Notes under the pieces: generated by a model | What the model saw: the letters and a program-made list of their open reading frames with translations, nothing else | Databases searched by the model: none | What the model was told of the DNA's origin: nothing | DNA from: Thermodesulfobacteriota bacterium | GTDB taxonomy: Bacteria > Desulfobacterota > Desulfobacteria > Desulfobacterales > SURF-7 | Assembly (NCBI GenBank): GCA_049320885.1 | Contig: JBMORA010000028.1 | Span: 65,306-129,305, forward strand | Direction of reading: 5' to 3' | Length of the DNA stretch: 64,000 nucleotides | Part shown: positions 10,649-20,487 of the stretch, piece after piece | How positions within the stretch are numbered: position 1 is the first letter of the stretch | Layout of the letters: each line of letters opens with the position of its first letter | Translations under genes and position numbers: made by a program

Positions 10649-11026
10649 TCATGTTTTTTTCTTATTTTTCAGTAAGTCCGCCAGCCCCGCGAAAGGATTA
10701 TGGGTAAAGCTGTTATCCGGGGATTCATCACCGGCCCCGGGGGCATAGGCATCGGCAACCTGATCACGGCTATGCTCATTTTCGTGACAATAGATGCAGA
10801 GCAATTCCCAGTTGCTTCCATCCGGCGGATTGTTGTCATGATTGTGATCTTTGTGGTGGACCGTGAGTTCGCGCAATCGCTTTCCACTGAACTCTCTCCC
10901 GCAATGCCCGCAAATCTTGGGAAAAAGCTTGAGGGCGCGTTCCCGGTAGCTTTTTTCCCGCTCTTGCCGCATACGCAGCGCCTCCGCAACGCTCCCCTTG
11001 ATATCGCCGCTCTTGTTTGAAGCCAT
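10649..11026 (-). CDS. yajD: YajD-family HNH nuclease
   Basis: YRERALKLFP.ICGHCGREF...LTVHHKDHNHDNNPPDGSNWELLCIYCHENEH. Confidence 0.85.
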   Translation of the reverse strand: MASNKSGDIKGSVAEALRMRQEREKSYRERALKLFPKICGHCGREFSGKRLRELTVHHKDHNHDNNPPDGSNWELLCIYCHENEHSRDQVADAYAPGAGDESPDNSFTHNPFAGLADLLKNKKKT

Positions 11027-11085
11027 GTGGCACCCTTTCTTTTCGCGATTGTGGTTCCAACTGTATTGTATCACCGCATAAAAAA

Positions 11086-12153
11086 TCAACCTAACTGAAT
11101 GGCTTTTTCCGGACACATTTCCTGGCAGCAGAAACAGGTGATACAGGTTCCGGGATTCACTTCGGGGAAGTCGCCCGCCATTTCAAGGGCCGCTACCGGG
11201 CATTGGGCGACACAGGTGCCGCAGCCGGTGCACCGGCTTTGATCCACTTTGGGACGGAAGTTGTTCTTGCTGGCAAGCATCTCCTGTATGGATGGGTTGG
11301 ACAGGATGGCCTCCCCGCCGAGTGGCGGCAGTTTGAAATCCGGTATTGTTTGGAGTTTCCCGACTATTGTGACGGCATTCAGGTCATAATCCCCCAGTCC
11401 GTCTTCCTTGGCCTTTTGAAGCGCCCGGAGCCGCGCCGGGTCGCAGCCCATCATGGTGGCGATGACCGCATCCAGGGCAACGGCGTTGTCCGCTGCCAGA
11501 ATCAATCCGACTTCCCGCAAATCCGGGGATGCCGGTCCGTTTCCTTCCATTCCCACCACCGCGTCCACGATAAACAGGTCGGGTATTCGGATCTTGAACA
11601 CATCCACCAGCAGCTCGTGAAAGCGGACCGGGCTGCCGGCGGCTTTATGCAGTTTCGATTTCTGGGCGCCGGGAAGTATCCCGTAACTGTTTTTGATGGC
11701 GCCGGAGATCACGGTCAGGCCATGGGTTTTAAACCGCGGCAGGCTGATGAAGATGTCCGCGTCCATGACGGCCTTTGAAACGGTGACCGACGCCATGAAG
11801 TTGGGGTTGAAGTCGATTTTGACCGACTCGGTGCCGATATTCCGGTAGTATCCCCTGGCGGCGTTCATGAGGCCTGTTCTTTCGAAACATTCCTCATTGG
11901 CGCCGTAACTGACCACACCGGGGTTGTCGCCCACGATGATTTCCGCCGGATTCAGCCGTTCCACTTTTTCCACGACGGCCCGGAGCACGGCGGGATGGGT
12001 CACGATCGCCTCATCGGCCGAAGATGTCCTCAACGCATTGGGTTTTATCAGGACTTTCTTTCCGGCGACATTTCGGGGAAAAAGTTCAAAGGCCCGCTCC
12101 ACGGCGGGTTGAACGTTTTCATACGTTGCGGGATGAATCAATACCGTCGGCAT
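11086..12153 (-). CDS. DUF362 domain protein with C-terminal 2x[4Fe-4S] ferredoxin
   Basis: VLIKPN, KTH...SGAIKN, MEGNGP; CTGCGTCVAQCP and CITCFCCQEMCP. Confidence 0.88.
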   Translation of the reverse strand: MPTVLIHPATYENVQPAVERAFELFPRNVAGKKVLIKPNALRTSSADEAIVTHPAVLRAVVEKVERLNPAEIIVGDNPGVVSYGANEECFERTGLMNAARGYYRNIGTESVKIDFNPNFMASVTVSKAVMDADIFISLPRFKTHGLTVISGAIKNSYGILPGAQKSKLHKAAGSPVRFHELLVDVFKIRIPDLFIVDAVVGMEGNGPASPDLREVGLILAADNAVALDAVIATMMGCDPARLRALQKAKEDGLGDYDLNAVTIVGKLQTIPDFKLPPLGGEAILSNPSIQEMLASKNNFRPKVDQSRCTGCGTCVAQCPVAALEMAGDFPEVNPGTCITCFCCQEMCPEKAIQLG

Positions 12154-12171
12154 GTTGTATCCTTATGAATT

Positions 12172-13389
12172 TTATTCCTTACCTTGGTCAATGACCATTG
12201 CCTCTCGATCAATCGCCAGTTGCACCTGCTTGTAAAAGGCGGACCGTTTCTTATCCTGATCGCCGCCCTGGAGATCAGTGGCATACGGCCAGTTACCGTT
12301 CATGGCGATGACCAGTTTCCGTCGGGGATCCATAAAAATGCCCTGCCCGAAAATTCCCCGCGCCATATAGGCGCCGTCATCCCAAATCCACCATTGATAG
12401 CCGTAACCGTAACCAGGCCTGGTCGAATCCACCTGCTTCCTGGTGGCCTCCGCGATCCAGCCGTCGGGCAGCACCGGCTTGCCATCGGCGATACCGCCGC
12501 CCAGCATGAACAGACCAAAACGCGCAAAGTCACGCGTCGACGCCTGCAAGCAGCAACCGCTGATTTCATGACCAGTGGAGCCCAGCAGCCAGCTCGCATC
12601 CTGCTCCATGCCAAAAGGCCGCCAGATCTTCTCCGCCAGATAGTCGGACAAGTACTTCCCGGTCGCCGAACTGATCAGCACCCCGATCAGATTGGTTTCA
12701 CCGGTCTTGTAAACCCACCGGGTGCCGGGCGGCGCCTCACGCTTCAATCGGCGCATATAGCTCACCGTCACATCAACGCCCGGTTCGGCCTTGTGCGCGT
12801 TAAACAAGGCCACGTCTGATGTGGGGTCAGCGTAATCCTCGTTCCATTTGACCCCCGATGTCATGGTCAGCAATTGCCGGATGGTGACTTCATCGTAGAC
12901 CGAACCCTTTAGGTCAGGAATGTAATCCGATACCTTGTCATCGATGCTCTTGATATGGCCGTCTTTAATAGCGGCCCCGACCAATGTCGATGTGATGGAT
13001 TTCGCAACCGAGAAACTGGTCCAACGCTTGCCAGGCTGGAAGTCGAGCCCGTATTTTTCAAAGCGGACCTTGCCGTCGTGAACGATCACCAGTGCGGCGG
13101 CACGCTGGTCCTTCATAAAGGCATCCATATCGGTACCGACATCGAGCGGCGCCCCCATCGGCAAGGGATGGATTTTCTTGCCGCAGGAGATGGTCCGGGA
13201 TTTGGAAATGATCGGCGCCCGGTCCATGGCGCGGAAGGCGGCATCACGCTGCGGAATTGACCAAAAAAGGACATCCTTGTTGGTCGGCATATGCTGGATC
13301 AGCCTGCGCATGTCCCTGTCCGCCGTGGCCCAGAATATGCCGACGGCGAGCACCGTCACGCCCAGTATTGCAATGATCGCTTTCCGCAT
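12172..13389 (-). CDS. Exported serine hydrolase, beta-lactamase class C/NylB-like family
   Basis: N-terminal signal/TM; SVAK catalytic motif; LLTMTSG; YGYQWW; GIFGQ. Confidence 0.88.
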   Translation of the reverse strand: MRKAIIAILGVTVLAVGIFWATADRDMRRLIQHMPTNKDVLFWSIPQRDAAFRAMDRAPIISKSRTISCGKKIHPLPMGAPLDVGTDMDAFMKDQRAAALVIVHDGKVRFEKYGLDFQPGKRWTSFSVAKSITSTLVGAAIKDGHIKSIDDKVSDYIPDLKGSVYDEVTIRQLLTMTSGVKWNEDYADPTSDVALFNAHKAEPGVDVTVSYMRRLKREAPPGTRWVYKTGETNLIGVLISSATGKYLSDYLAEKIWRPFGMEQDASWLLGSTGHEISGCCLQASTRDFARFGLFMLGGGIADGKPVLPDGWIAEATRKQVDSTRPGYGYGYQWWIWDDGAYMARGIFGQGIFMDPRRKLVIAMNGNWPYATDLQGGDQDKKRSAFYKQVQLAIDREAMVIDQGKE

Positions 13390-13423
13390 GGATACCCCCT
13401 TTAGTTTGGTAAATCGAAGCTGA

Positions 13424-14593
13424 TCACGGTCGGGCCTGCGTCAGTCCCCCGGTGAAGACCCCGCCGCGGCGACGGATCAGAGCCGCCAACTCGGGTCGCC
13501 GGGCGGCCACCGCCAGATCCCCTACGGTAAACGTCGTGCCGCCCTGCGTATAGAGGCGTTTGATATCGCATCCCGACTCGACAAGAACCCGGGCGATCTC
13601 GTCACGACCGTTCATGATGGCTTTAAATATGGGCGGAGACTCGTCATTATCCGCGTCAGGAAGCGCACCCTTCGCGAGCAGCAACCGGACCATCTCCAGA
13701 TCACCCGAGTAGGCCGCTATCTCTATCGGCGTTTTCAGGATCATTTTGTTTTTGCTGTTGAGATCGACACCGGCTTCAACGAGCAGACGCGCCAAATCCG
13801 TTCGTCCCTTCTCCAGCGCCAGATGAAGTGGGGTCCGATTGTATTCATCGGTTTTGTTGATCCCCTTTTTTTCGAGAATCAATTGCCGGGCTTCGTCAAA
13901 ACGTTCCTCCTGCAGGGCCTTCATCAAGCCCCAGCCAAAACCCAAATGCAGTTGTTCAACGAAGGGGTTCAACGCCTTAACCAGAGAAATAAAAAGCACG
14001 AGCGCCACGAAGATGCCGGTTCCCTTCAGAATGGTGCTGACACGGATGGGACCGACTTGCGAAGAAAAAATCTCCTTAACCTCTTCGGTCATCCGATCGG
14101 ATATCATTCTTCCCTGGGGCGTTGCCAAGGACGGAATAACGAACTTCCCGATCAGCAAGGGAATCAGTATGAAGCCTACTCCGAGAGCCAAAATGAGGAT
14201 ATCCAGCAGGTAGAGGGAATGGAATCCCGCGATACGGTGGTTACCGGAGGGAGATACAATGACCTCGATCTCCTGATCCGGCTTGAACCATTCGACAAAA
14301 TGATGTTTCGTCTCGGTCACCTGGTATCGTTTGCCGTCCTTCGAGGTAAATTCAAAATGAGGATAGCTCATGACAGACGTGTGGTAACCGGAATCCGTAT
14401 TCCCGAATACATCGGTCGTTGTGCTGTGCGACTGGACCTCTTCAGTGACATAATATCTGAAGAAACCCTTCGCACGTTCCGGGGTATTCCTGACAAACCG
14501 CAGCGTGCCGAGAATCTCCAAGCCGCCGTAAAGAGAGATGGCTATGCCGACAAGCACAAAGCCGGCCAGCATGTATTTCAGAAAGGTGACCAC
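13424..14593 (-). CDS. Membrane protein with C-terminal ankyrin repeats (N-terminal DUF3592-like region)
   Basis: Three hydrophobic segments; ankyrin repeats TPLHLA...LLVEAGVDLN, TPIEIAA...LLLAKGA; GTG start. Confidence 0.75.
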   Translation of the reverse strand: MVTFLKYMLAGFVLVGIAISLYGGLEILGTLRFVRNTPERAKGFFRYYVTEEVQSHSTTTDVFGNTDSGYHTSVMSYPHFEFTSKDGKRYQVTETKHHFVEWFKPDQEIEVIVSPSGNHRIAGFHSLYLLDILILALGVGFILIPLLIGKFVIPSLATPQGRMISDRMTEEVKEIFSSQVGPIRVSTILKGTGIFVALVLFISLVKALNPFVEQLHLGFGWGLMKALQEERFDEARQLILEKKGINKTDEYNRTPLHLALEKGRTDLARLLVEAGVDLNSKNKMILKTPIEIAAYSGDLEMVRLLLAKGALPDADNDESPPIFKAIMNGRDEIARVLVESGCDIKRLYTQGGTTFTVGDLAVAARRPELAALIRRRGGVFTGGLTQARP

Positions 14594-14860
14594 ATATCCC
14601 CTTTATTCCTGCATGATGGCTTTTGGATTGGTGAGACTTGCTGTTATCGCCTGCCGGGATTTGACTCCTTTTGATTTCTCTTAAAAGCCGTTTTTAGCCC
14701 AGAAAAACTAGTTCCAAAGGCTAAATTGACCATACATTAACCACCTTTTTTGCTGTTTTTCAAGTTTTTATCTCGACATACAGGGCATTTGACGGGAGTT
14801 AAAAAAATACGTACGAAAAGGAAAAGCTGATTTCATCGATCCCGCCTCCGCCCACTCTAT

Positions 14861-15040
14861 CAAAAGAGGAAACACTGGACATGGAATCCAGTTCAACTGC
14901 AGGCCTTGGAAGTAACCAACTCCAAAGGGCCGGGTAATATTCTGGCCCTTGAAATGGAAAGCGGAGACCTGAGCGAGGTGTTTACCGGCTTCGGTGAACG
15001 GGGCGTCAGTGCCGTAAAAGTAACCGAATTATTTGGTTAA
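14861..15040 (+). pseudogene. rtcA: Internal fragment of RNA 3'-terminal phosphate cyclase
   Basis: Translates to WNPVQLQALEVTNSKGPGNILALEMESGDLSEVFTGFGERGVSAVKVTE, matching the RtcA insert domain (GPGN...E.F...G..GVSAE.V); N- and C-terminal parts are absent. Confidence 0.7.
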
Positions 15041-15056
15041 AAGCTCCAGAAGGAAC

Positions 15057-15080
15057 CGGCGGAGCCAAACGGCTCCGCCG
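15057..15080. terminator. GC-rich hairpin, possible terminator for the acyl-CoA dehydrogenase operon
   Basis: CGGCGGAGCC-AAAC-GGCTCCGCCG, perfect 10-bp stem; weak U tract. Confidence 0.45.
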
Positions 15081-15182
15081 CGTAGGTGAAAAAGCGGAAG
15101 ACGAACCAGTTGCCGGATTCAGCGCAGAGGGAAAACAGGACGCCGAACACGGACGGAAAAACATTCGTAATTCGTAATTCTT

Positions 15183-17000
15183 TTACACTCCCCCAAATCC
15201 CTCATCATCAATATCAATGGCAGCCCCGCATTTCCCGTTGATGGCCTCCATTTTGCCCATGGTCACCGGAAGCACGGTGCTGATGAAGAATTCAGCGGTC
15301 TTGATCTGGCCTTTATAAAAAATTTCGTCTTTTTTCTTGGTCCCGTTTTGCAGCTGCCGGGAAGCGGTCACCGCCCGCCACAGAAGCATCCACGCCATGA
15401 TGACATCGCCCATGGCGTCCAGGAATGGCCAGGAATGGGCGAACGCTGTCTTGAATTCCAGCGACATGGCGGTTTTTCCCAGTTTCATGGCGGTCTCCCC
15501 CAGGCGGTTCACCGCGGCCTCGACCTTGCCGGCCAGTGGTTCCAGTTCCGGTTGTTGCTTGGCAAGGGTCGTGATCTTTTGAATTTCCCCCAGGAAGGAG
15601 ACAAACACCTGGCCTTTTTTCATGCCCAGTTTGCGGCCCAGCAGATCCATGGCCTGGACCCCGCTGGTGCCTTCGAAAATCGATGTGATTTTGCAGTCCC
15701 GGGCATACTGCTCCACCGGGTAGTCCCGGCAGTAACCGGCTCCGCCGAACACCTGGATGGCCTGGACGCAGACCTCGTGGCCGTGGACGGACAGATAATC
15801 CTTGATGAGGGGGGTCATGAGTTCGAACATGTCGTTATAGAGTCCGCGCTCCGCTTCCGATGCCGCCAGAATCGCCCGTGTCCGGCAGGAAGCCATATAA
15901 TAGAAGAAACTGCGCATACCGTCCACATGGGCTTTCATCCACAACAGATTCCGGCGCACATCCGGATGGTTGATGATGGCCACGGACGGGGCTTCCGGAT
16001 TCGCGAAATCCTTCAGGTCCCGGCCCTGGATTCGTTCCCGGGCATAGTTGACCGCCAGCATATAGGCGGCGGATGCATAGGCCAGGGCCTGGAGGCCGGT
16101 GGCCATGCGCGCGCCGTTCATCATGTTGAACATGATCTTCATCCCCTGGCGCTCCTCGCCCAGCAGATATCCGATACATCGCCCCCTGGTTCCCAGGGCC
16201 ATGGAGCAGGTGGCGCTGCCGTGAATGCCCATCTTTTCCTCTACTCCGGTGCAGACGATATCGTTGCGCTCCCCCGGGCTGCCGTCGGCATTCACCAGAA
16301 ACTTGGGCACGATAAAGATGGAGATACCTTTGGTGCCGGCCGGATCGCCTTCGATCCGGGCCAGCACCGGGTGAATGATGTTGTCGCACAGGTCGAACTC
16401 GCCGTCGGTGATGAAAATTTTATTGCCGGTGAGCGTGTACGTACCGTCCGCGTTTCGCTGCGCCGATGTGGTCAGGGCGCCCACATCGGTTCCGGCATTG
16501 GCCTCGGTGAGCAGCATGGTGCCGCCCCATTCGCCCGACACCAGGCGCTGGACATAGGTCTTTTTTTGCTCCTCGGTGCCGTATTTTTCAATCATGTCCG
16601 CGGTGCCGTTGCCCATGGAGGCATATACGTACAAGGGCCAGTTGGCGCCCATGAAATATTCGATGGCCGCGGTGGCAACCAGCCCCGGGGCGCCCTGACC
16701 GCCCATTTCGGTGGGCACCTGCAGGTTGCCCCAGTCGCCCTCCAGAAGCAATCGATGCACCCGGTGAAAGCTCTCCGGCACCTTCACCACGCCGTTGTCA
16801 AAACGGACCCCCACATGGTCGCCGTCCTGAAGGGTGGGCAACATTTCGGTAATGGCGAGCTTCCGCGCCTCGGTGATGATCATCTCGCATGTTTTTCTGT
16901 TGAAATCCTTATAAACATCGTATTGAAGCAGTTCTTCCCCCTGCATCTGTTCCCAGATGACAAAATCAATATCCCTTCTGTCGGCTATTTGCTGCGCCAT
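15183..17000 (-). CDS. Acyl-CoA dehydrogenase (long, about 600 aa family)
   Basis: GTMLLTEANAGTD, GNKIFIT, GTKGISIFIVPK, EEKMGIHGSATC, QVFGGAGY, IFEGTSGVQ. Confidence 0.95.
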   Translation of the reverse strand: MAQQIADRRDIDFVIWEQMQGEELLQYDVYKDFNRKTCEMIITEARKLAITEMLPTLQDGDHVGVRFDNGVVKVPESFHRVHRLLLEGDWGNLQVPTEMGGQGAPGLVATAAIEYFMGANWPLYVYASMGNGTADMIEKYGTEEQKKTYVQRLVSGEWGGTMLLTEANAGTDVGALTTSAQRNADGTYTLTGNKIFITDGEFDLCDNIIHPVLARIEGDPAGTKGISIFIVPKFLVNADGSPGERNDIVCTGVEEKMGIHGSATCSMALGTRGRCIGYLLGEERQGMKIMFNMMNGARMATGLQALAYASAAYMLAVNYARERIQGRDLKDFANPEAPSVAIINHPDVRRNLLWMKAHVDGMRSFFYYMASCRTRAILAASEAERGLYNDMFELMTPLIKDYLSVHGHEVCVQAIQVFGGAGYCRDYPVEQYARDCKITSIFEGTSGVQAMDLLGRKLGMKKGQVFVSFLGEIQKITTLAKQQPELEPLAGKVEAAVNRLGETAMKLGKTAMSLEFKTAFAHSWPFLDAMGDVIMAWMLLWRAVTASRQLQNGTKKKDEIFYKGQIKTAEFFISTVLPVTMGKMEAINGKCGAAIDIDDEGFGGV

Positions 17001-17031
17001 GATGCCTTACTCCTTTTGGATTGAAATTGGG

Positions 17032-18183
17032 TTAACGGTATTTGCCCTCTTTGATGATTCGGGTGGGCTTAAAAATTTCCTTGTGAAATTTGGATGCCAG
17101 GCCTTCCAGCCGCCGGGTCAGATCTTCCGGTGGAATTGCCTTGATCAGACGGATCAGCCCCATGGGATTGCCCGTGGCGTTGATGATGGCCGTATCCACA
17201 TCCTCAAAGGAGCAAACCCCCATTTCAACGATTTTCGTGGCTTCATTGGCATTCACCGCCACCAGGTCCATGGGATCGAATTTGTCCGTGGCTTTGGCGA
17301 GATCGATTGTCGGCCGGCCCCGGGACCAGTCAAACAGCCCTTTTCCGGTTTTCTTGCCCAGCTCGCCCGCCTTATACTTGGCTGACAGTGTTTCCCCCAT
17401 GCCGAAATCCGGATGAATCGCCTCGGCGAAGTAGCTGCTGGCATGATAATTGATGTCAATTCCGGTATAATCTATGGTTTCATATGGTCCCATGGGCATT
17501 CCCAGTTTGCGCATCACCGCGTCAACCTCTTCCGGTCCGGCGATTTTCTCATCCAGAATGCAATTGAGGAGCACTCCGGCAGGGGCCTGAACGCGATTGA
17601 CGATAAAACCGGGCGTGTCCTTGTTGACCCGCACCGGAATTTTGTTGGTTTTCACCACAAAGTCATAGGCAACCGTCATGGTTTCCTCGGATGTGTTGTC
17701 ACTGCGGATGACCTCCACCAGTTTCATCAGGATGGCGGGATTGAAATAGTGCAGGCCCACCACTTTTTCCGGCCGGGTTGTGGCGGCACCGAGTTGGGTG
17801 ATGCTCATGGTGGAGGTGTTGGATGCGAAAACAGTGTGGGCCGGAGCGGATTTGTCCATGATCCGGAAGGTCTCTTTTTTCAATTCCATGATTTCCGGGA
17901 TCGCTTCGATGACCAGATCCGCCTCCCGCACCGCCTCTTCGAGGCTGACCACCGGAACCAGGAGGGCGGTCTTGATGGATGCGAAATGAGACGCGGAAAC
18001 CTTCCCCTTGGCGGATAGCTTCTCCAGGCTTGCCATGATCCTTACCACCCCGCGGTCGACGAATTCCGGTTTGATATCCCGTAAAAACACGCGGTATCCG
18101 GCAATCAGCGCGACTTCCGCAATGCCGTGCCCCATGTCGCCGGCGCCGATCACCGCGACGGTCCTGATGTCGTCAGCTTTCAT
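17032..18183 (-). CDS. 3-hydroxyacyl-CoA dehydrogenase
   Basis: GAGDMGHGIA Rossmann motif, SNTSTMSI, GLHYFNP, PGFIVNR, PMGP, GKKTGKG; RBS GGAGG before ATG 18183. Confidence 0.93.
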   Translation of the reverse strand: MKADDIRTVAVIGAGDMGHGIAEVALIAGYRVFLRDIKPEFVDRGVVRIMASLEKLSAKGKVSASHFASIKTALLVPVVSLEEAVREADLVIEAIPEIMELKKETFRIMDKSAPAHTVFASNTSTMSITQLGAATTRPEKVVGLHYFNPAILMKLVEVIRSDNTSEETMTVAYDFVVKTNKIPVRVNKDTPGFIVNRVQAPAGVLLNCILDEKIAGPEEVDAVMRKLGMPMGPYETIDYTGIDINYHASSYFAEAIHPDFGMGETLSAKYKAGELGKKTGKGLFDWSRGRPTIDLAKATDKFDPMDLVAVNANEATKIVEMGVCSFEDVDTAIINATGNPMGLIRLIKAIPPEDLTRRLEGLASKFHKEIFKPTRIIKEGKYR

Positions 18184-18239
18184 AACCCCTCCTGTATATA
18201 AGTAAGTTAAACCGCAGAAGTAACAGAACGTGTTTCCCA

Positions 18240-18273
18240 TTGACTTAAATTATGTAGTGAACTATACACTACA
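18240..18273. promoter_or_regulatory. Promoter with palindromic operator between the beta-oxidation genes and the MerR-type regulator
   Basis: TTGACT at 18240; perfect inverted repeat TGTAGTG-N7-CACTACA (18253-18273) overlapping the -10 region. Confidence 0.55.
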
Positions 18274-18363
18274 CGTAAATCTGATTAATATCGCTGTGGA
18301 TATTTGTCAAGCCATTATTTACATGGGAGATCCCTCAACCCCCATCATGCGAGCTGGAATAAC

Positions 18364-19092
18364 ATGAAAATCAGTGAATTGATCCGGCAGACCGGCGTTT
18401 CCAAAGAAACCATCCATTATTACATCCGGGAAGGCGTCCTGCCCAAACCCCGCAAAACGGGTAAAAACACGGCGGAATACAACGAATCCCACGTGGAGCA
18501 GATCCGCACCGTCAAGGCCCTGCGGGAAAATTATTACCTGCCCATCCCGGTGATCAAAAAGCTCATTAAAAAACACAACAAACAAACCCATCCGGAAAAA
18601 TCCTCATTTCAATTTTTGATTGAAAAATTCAAACCCCTGGAACAGCTTCTTTCCAGCGAGGGAGTGACGGGACGGGAAGCATTCAAGGACATCACGGGTC
18701 TTTCCGAAAAATGGCTGCTGAAAATGGAGGAATGGAGAATTCTTACGCCCCTGGAGCAGGACGGGGAGGTTTTTTATTCCGCGGACAACGTCATCATCGG
18801 GAAACTGCTGGTGGAAATGGACCGCACCGGCATCGGACCAAGGGACGGGTTTGATCCGGCCGAGCTGACGAATTTTACCGATCTCTTCCGCGAATTGGTG
18901 TCGAAAAATTTAAACCGCTTCATGCAGGCCGGATGGAACCGAATGAATCCGGACCAGTTGCGGAAAAAAGGGAGCCAGTCCACGGAGCTCATGAGCCTGT
19001 TCTTTTATCACCTGTACCGCAAGCTGGTGAAGGAGGAATACAAACGCTACCTGGCCGCCCAGGAATCGCAAGATCATGGAAAGGACCAATGA
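18364..19092 (+). CDS. MerR family transcriptional regulator
   Basis: MKISELIRQTGVSKETIHYYIREGVLPKP HTH. Confidence 0.9.
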   Translation: MKISELIRQTGVSKETIHYYIREGVLPKPRKTGKNTAEYNESHVEQIRTVKALRENYYLPIPVIKKLIKKHNKQTHPEKSSFQFLIEKFKPLEQLLSSEGVTGREAFKDITGLSEKWLLKMEEWRILTPLEQDGEVFYSADNVIIGKLLVEMDRTGIGPRDGFDPAELTNFTDLFRELVSKNLNRFMQAGWNRMNPDQLRKKGSQSTELMSLFFYHLYRKLVKEEYKRYLAAQESQDHGKDQ

Positions 19093-19211
19093 CCTGGCAA
19101 ACGGAGTTCCCGTGTTGTTGTAACGAGGCAGTCGGCACCGGTCCAGGCTTGGATTTTTCCCCGACTGTCGGTGCTTTCCTTTTCCGGGTAGGGATGATCT
19201 GTGGTAATGGG

Positions 19212-19988
19212 TTACGGATTGTCAGCCAGCCGGAAAGATTCCATCCAGGCCAACAGGTTGGGCAGATGGGAGCCTTCCCAGTATATTTGGCCGCAATCCC
19301 GGCAACGGTAGAAAATCTCATAGTACATGCGGGTCTTGGGTTCCAGCAGGTATAGGACCGCGGCCTTGTCCACGGGCGCGATCATGCCGTTGCAGCGGCT
19401 GCAGCGGGTGAAGGGCCGGATTTGGCAGCGGAGGTCGAAACGGTCGAGTACTTCCCGCACCTGGGTGTCAGCGTGGGCGGAGCGGACCCAATAGCCGTGG
19501 GTCACGGATTTGGCGTGCAGCAGGCGCCGGTCCCGGGTCAGGATGATCCGGTTTTCGGCCGCGGCCAGGGCCACGATCTCGGGGTCCGCGTAATCGTTGC
19601 GGTAGAGGCAGTCGAACCCCAGCAGGCGCAGGCGGCGGACCAGCTTTCCCAGATGCACATCCAGCACGAAAGCCGGCCGGCGGAGCGGTTCGGGCCGCAA
19701 CCGGACCAGGGGCGTGATGTCCAGGCTCTCGAAGACCGGATACACGCTGACCCGGTCGCCGTCAACAAGCCGGTGATCAAAGGCGACGGATACCCCGTTG
19801 ACCAGGATCAGGTCCACTTCGGTATGGGGGACGCCCAGGGCCTCGATGGCGAATTTCACGCTGGGTTTGCCGTCAAAGCGAAACGGAATCGGCTGTTTCC
19901 GTTGAAACGGTTTCAGGAAATCGTTCAGTTCCTCGTAAAACCGCAATTCGGCCTGAAACTCATGGGGATTGGCTATTTCCGGCGCCAT
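19212..19988 (-). CDS. Mut7-C ubiquitin-like / PIN RNase domain protein
   Basis: LRFYEELNDFL...EALGVPHTEVDLILVNG; FVLDVHLGKL.R.LRLLGFD; ILTRDR; RCSRCNG...CRDCGQIYWEGSH. Confidence 0.9.
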   Translation of the reverse strand: MAPEIANPHEFQAELRFYEELNDFLKPFQRKQPIPFRFDGKPSVKFAIEALGVPHTEVDLILVNGVSVAFDHRLVDGDRVSVYPVFESLDITPLVRLRPEPLRRPAFVLDVHLGKLVRRLRLLGFDCLYRNDYADPEIVALAAAENRIILTRDRRLLHAKSVTHGYWVRSAHADTQVREVLDRFDLRCQIRPFTRCSRCNGMIAPVDKAAVLYLLEPKTRMYYEIFYRCRDCGQIYWEGSHLPNLLAWMESFRLADNP

Positions 19989-20007
19989 GGTGAATTCCAG
20001 GATAGTT

Positions 20008-20487
20008 TCACTCGTCCTGCTCCGGGGAGGTTTCCGGCAACCGCACGGCGATCATGCTGCCGGTGGCGCAGACCGTCCCGCCCGCCGCAACCGATAAGTC
20101 CACCGTGACCTTCCGGCCTTTGATTTCGCGGATCTCGCCGCGGATTTCCAATTCCTTGCCAAGGGGCGTGGGCCGCAGGTAATTGACGGTCAGGGAGGCG
20201 GTGACAAAGCGCATGGGCGGCCCGTTGCCCATCTCCCGGCCTTCGGCCCGGTAGGCTGCCGCGAACGCCGAACCGGCGCCATGGCAGTCCATGAGCGAGG
20301 CGATCAGGCCGCCGTAGACATTGCCCGGAAACCCGCCGGAATGATACGGCCGGGGCGTGAAATAGGCCACGGTGGTGTCACCGTCCCAATGACTTTTCAG
20401 ACCGTACCCGTCGGCATTGTGCTTGCCGCACCCGTAACAGTGACTGTACTGATCCGCATAGTAATCCTGAAAGGCTGTATCGTTCAT
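20008..20487 (-). CDS. PaaI/hotdog-fold thioesterase
   Basis: HCYGCG, YGGLIASLMDCH, VTASLTVNYLRPTP. Confidence 0.88.
   Translation of the reverse strand: MNDTAFQDYYADQYSHCYGCGKHNADGYGLKSHWDGDTTVAYFTPRPYHSGGFPGNVYGGLIASLMDCHGAGSAFAAAYRAEGREMGNGPPMRFVTASLTVNYLRPTPLGKELEIRGEIREIKGRKVTVDLSVAAGGTVCATGSMIAVRLPETSPEQDE

Noticed and set aside
15163..15180. ATTCGTA tandem repeat (about 2.5 copies)
   Set aside because: Too short to distinguish from chance or slippage; no spacers, so not CRISPR
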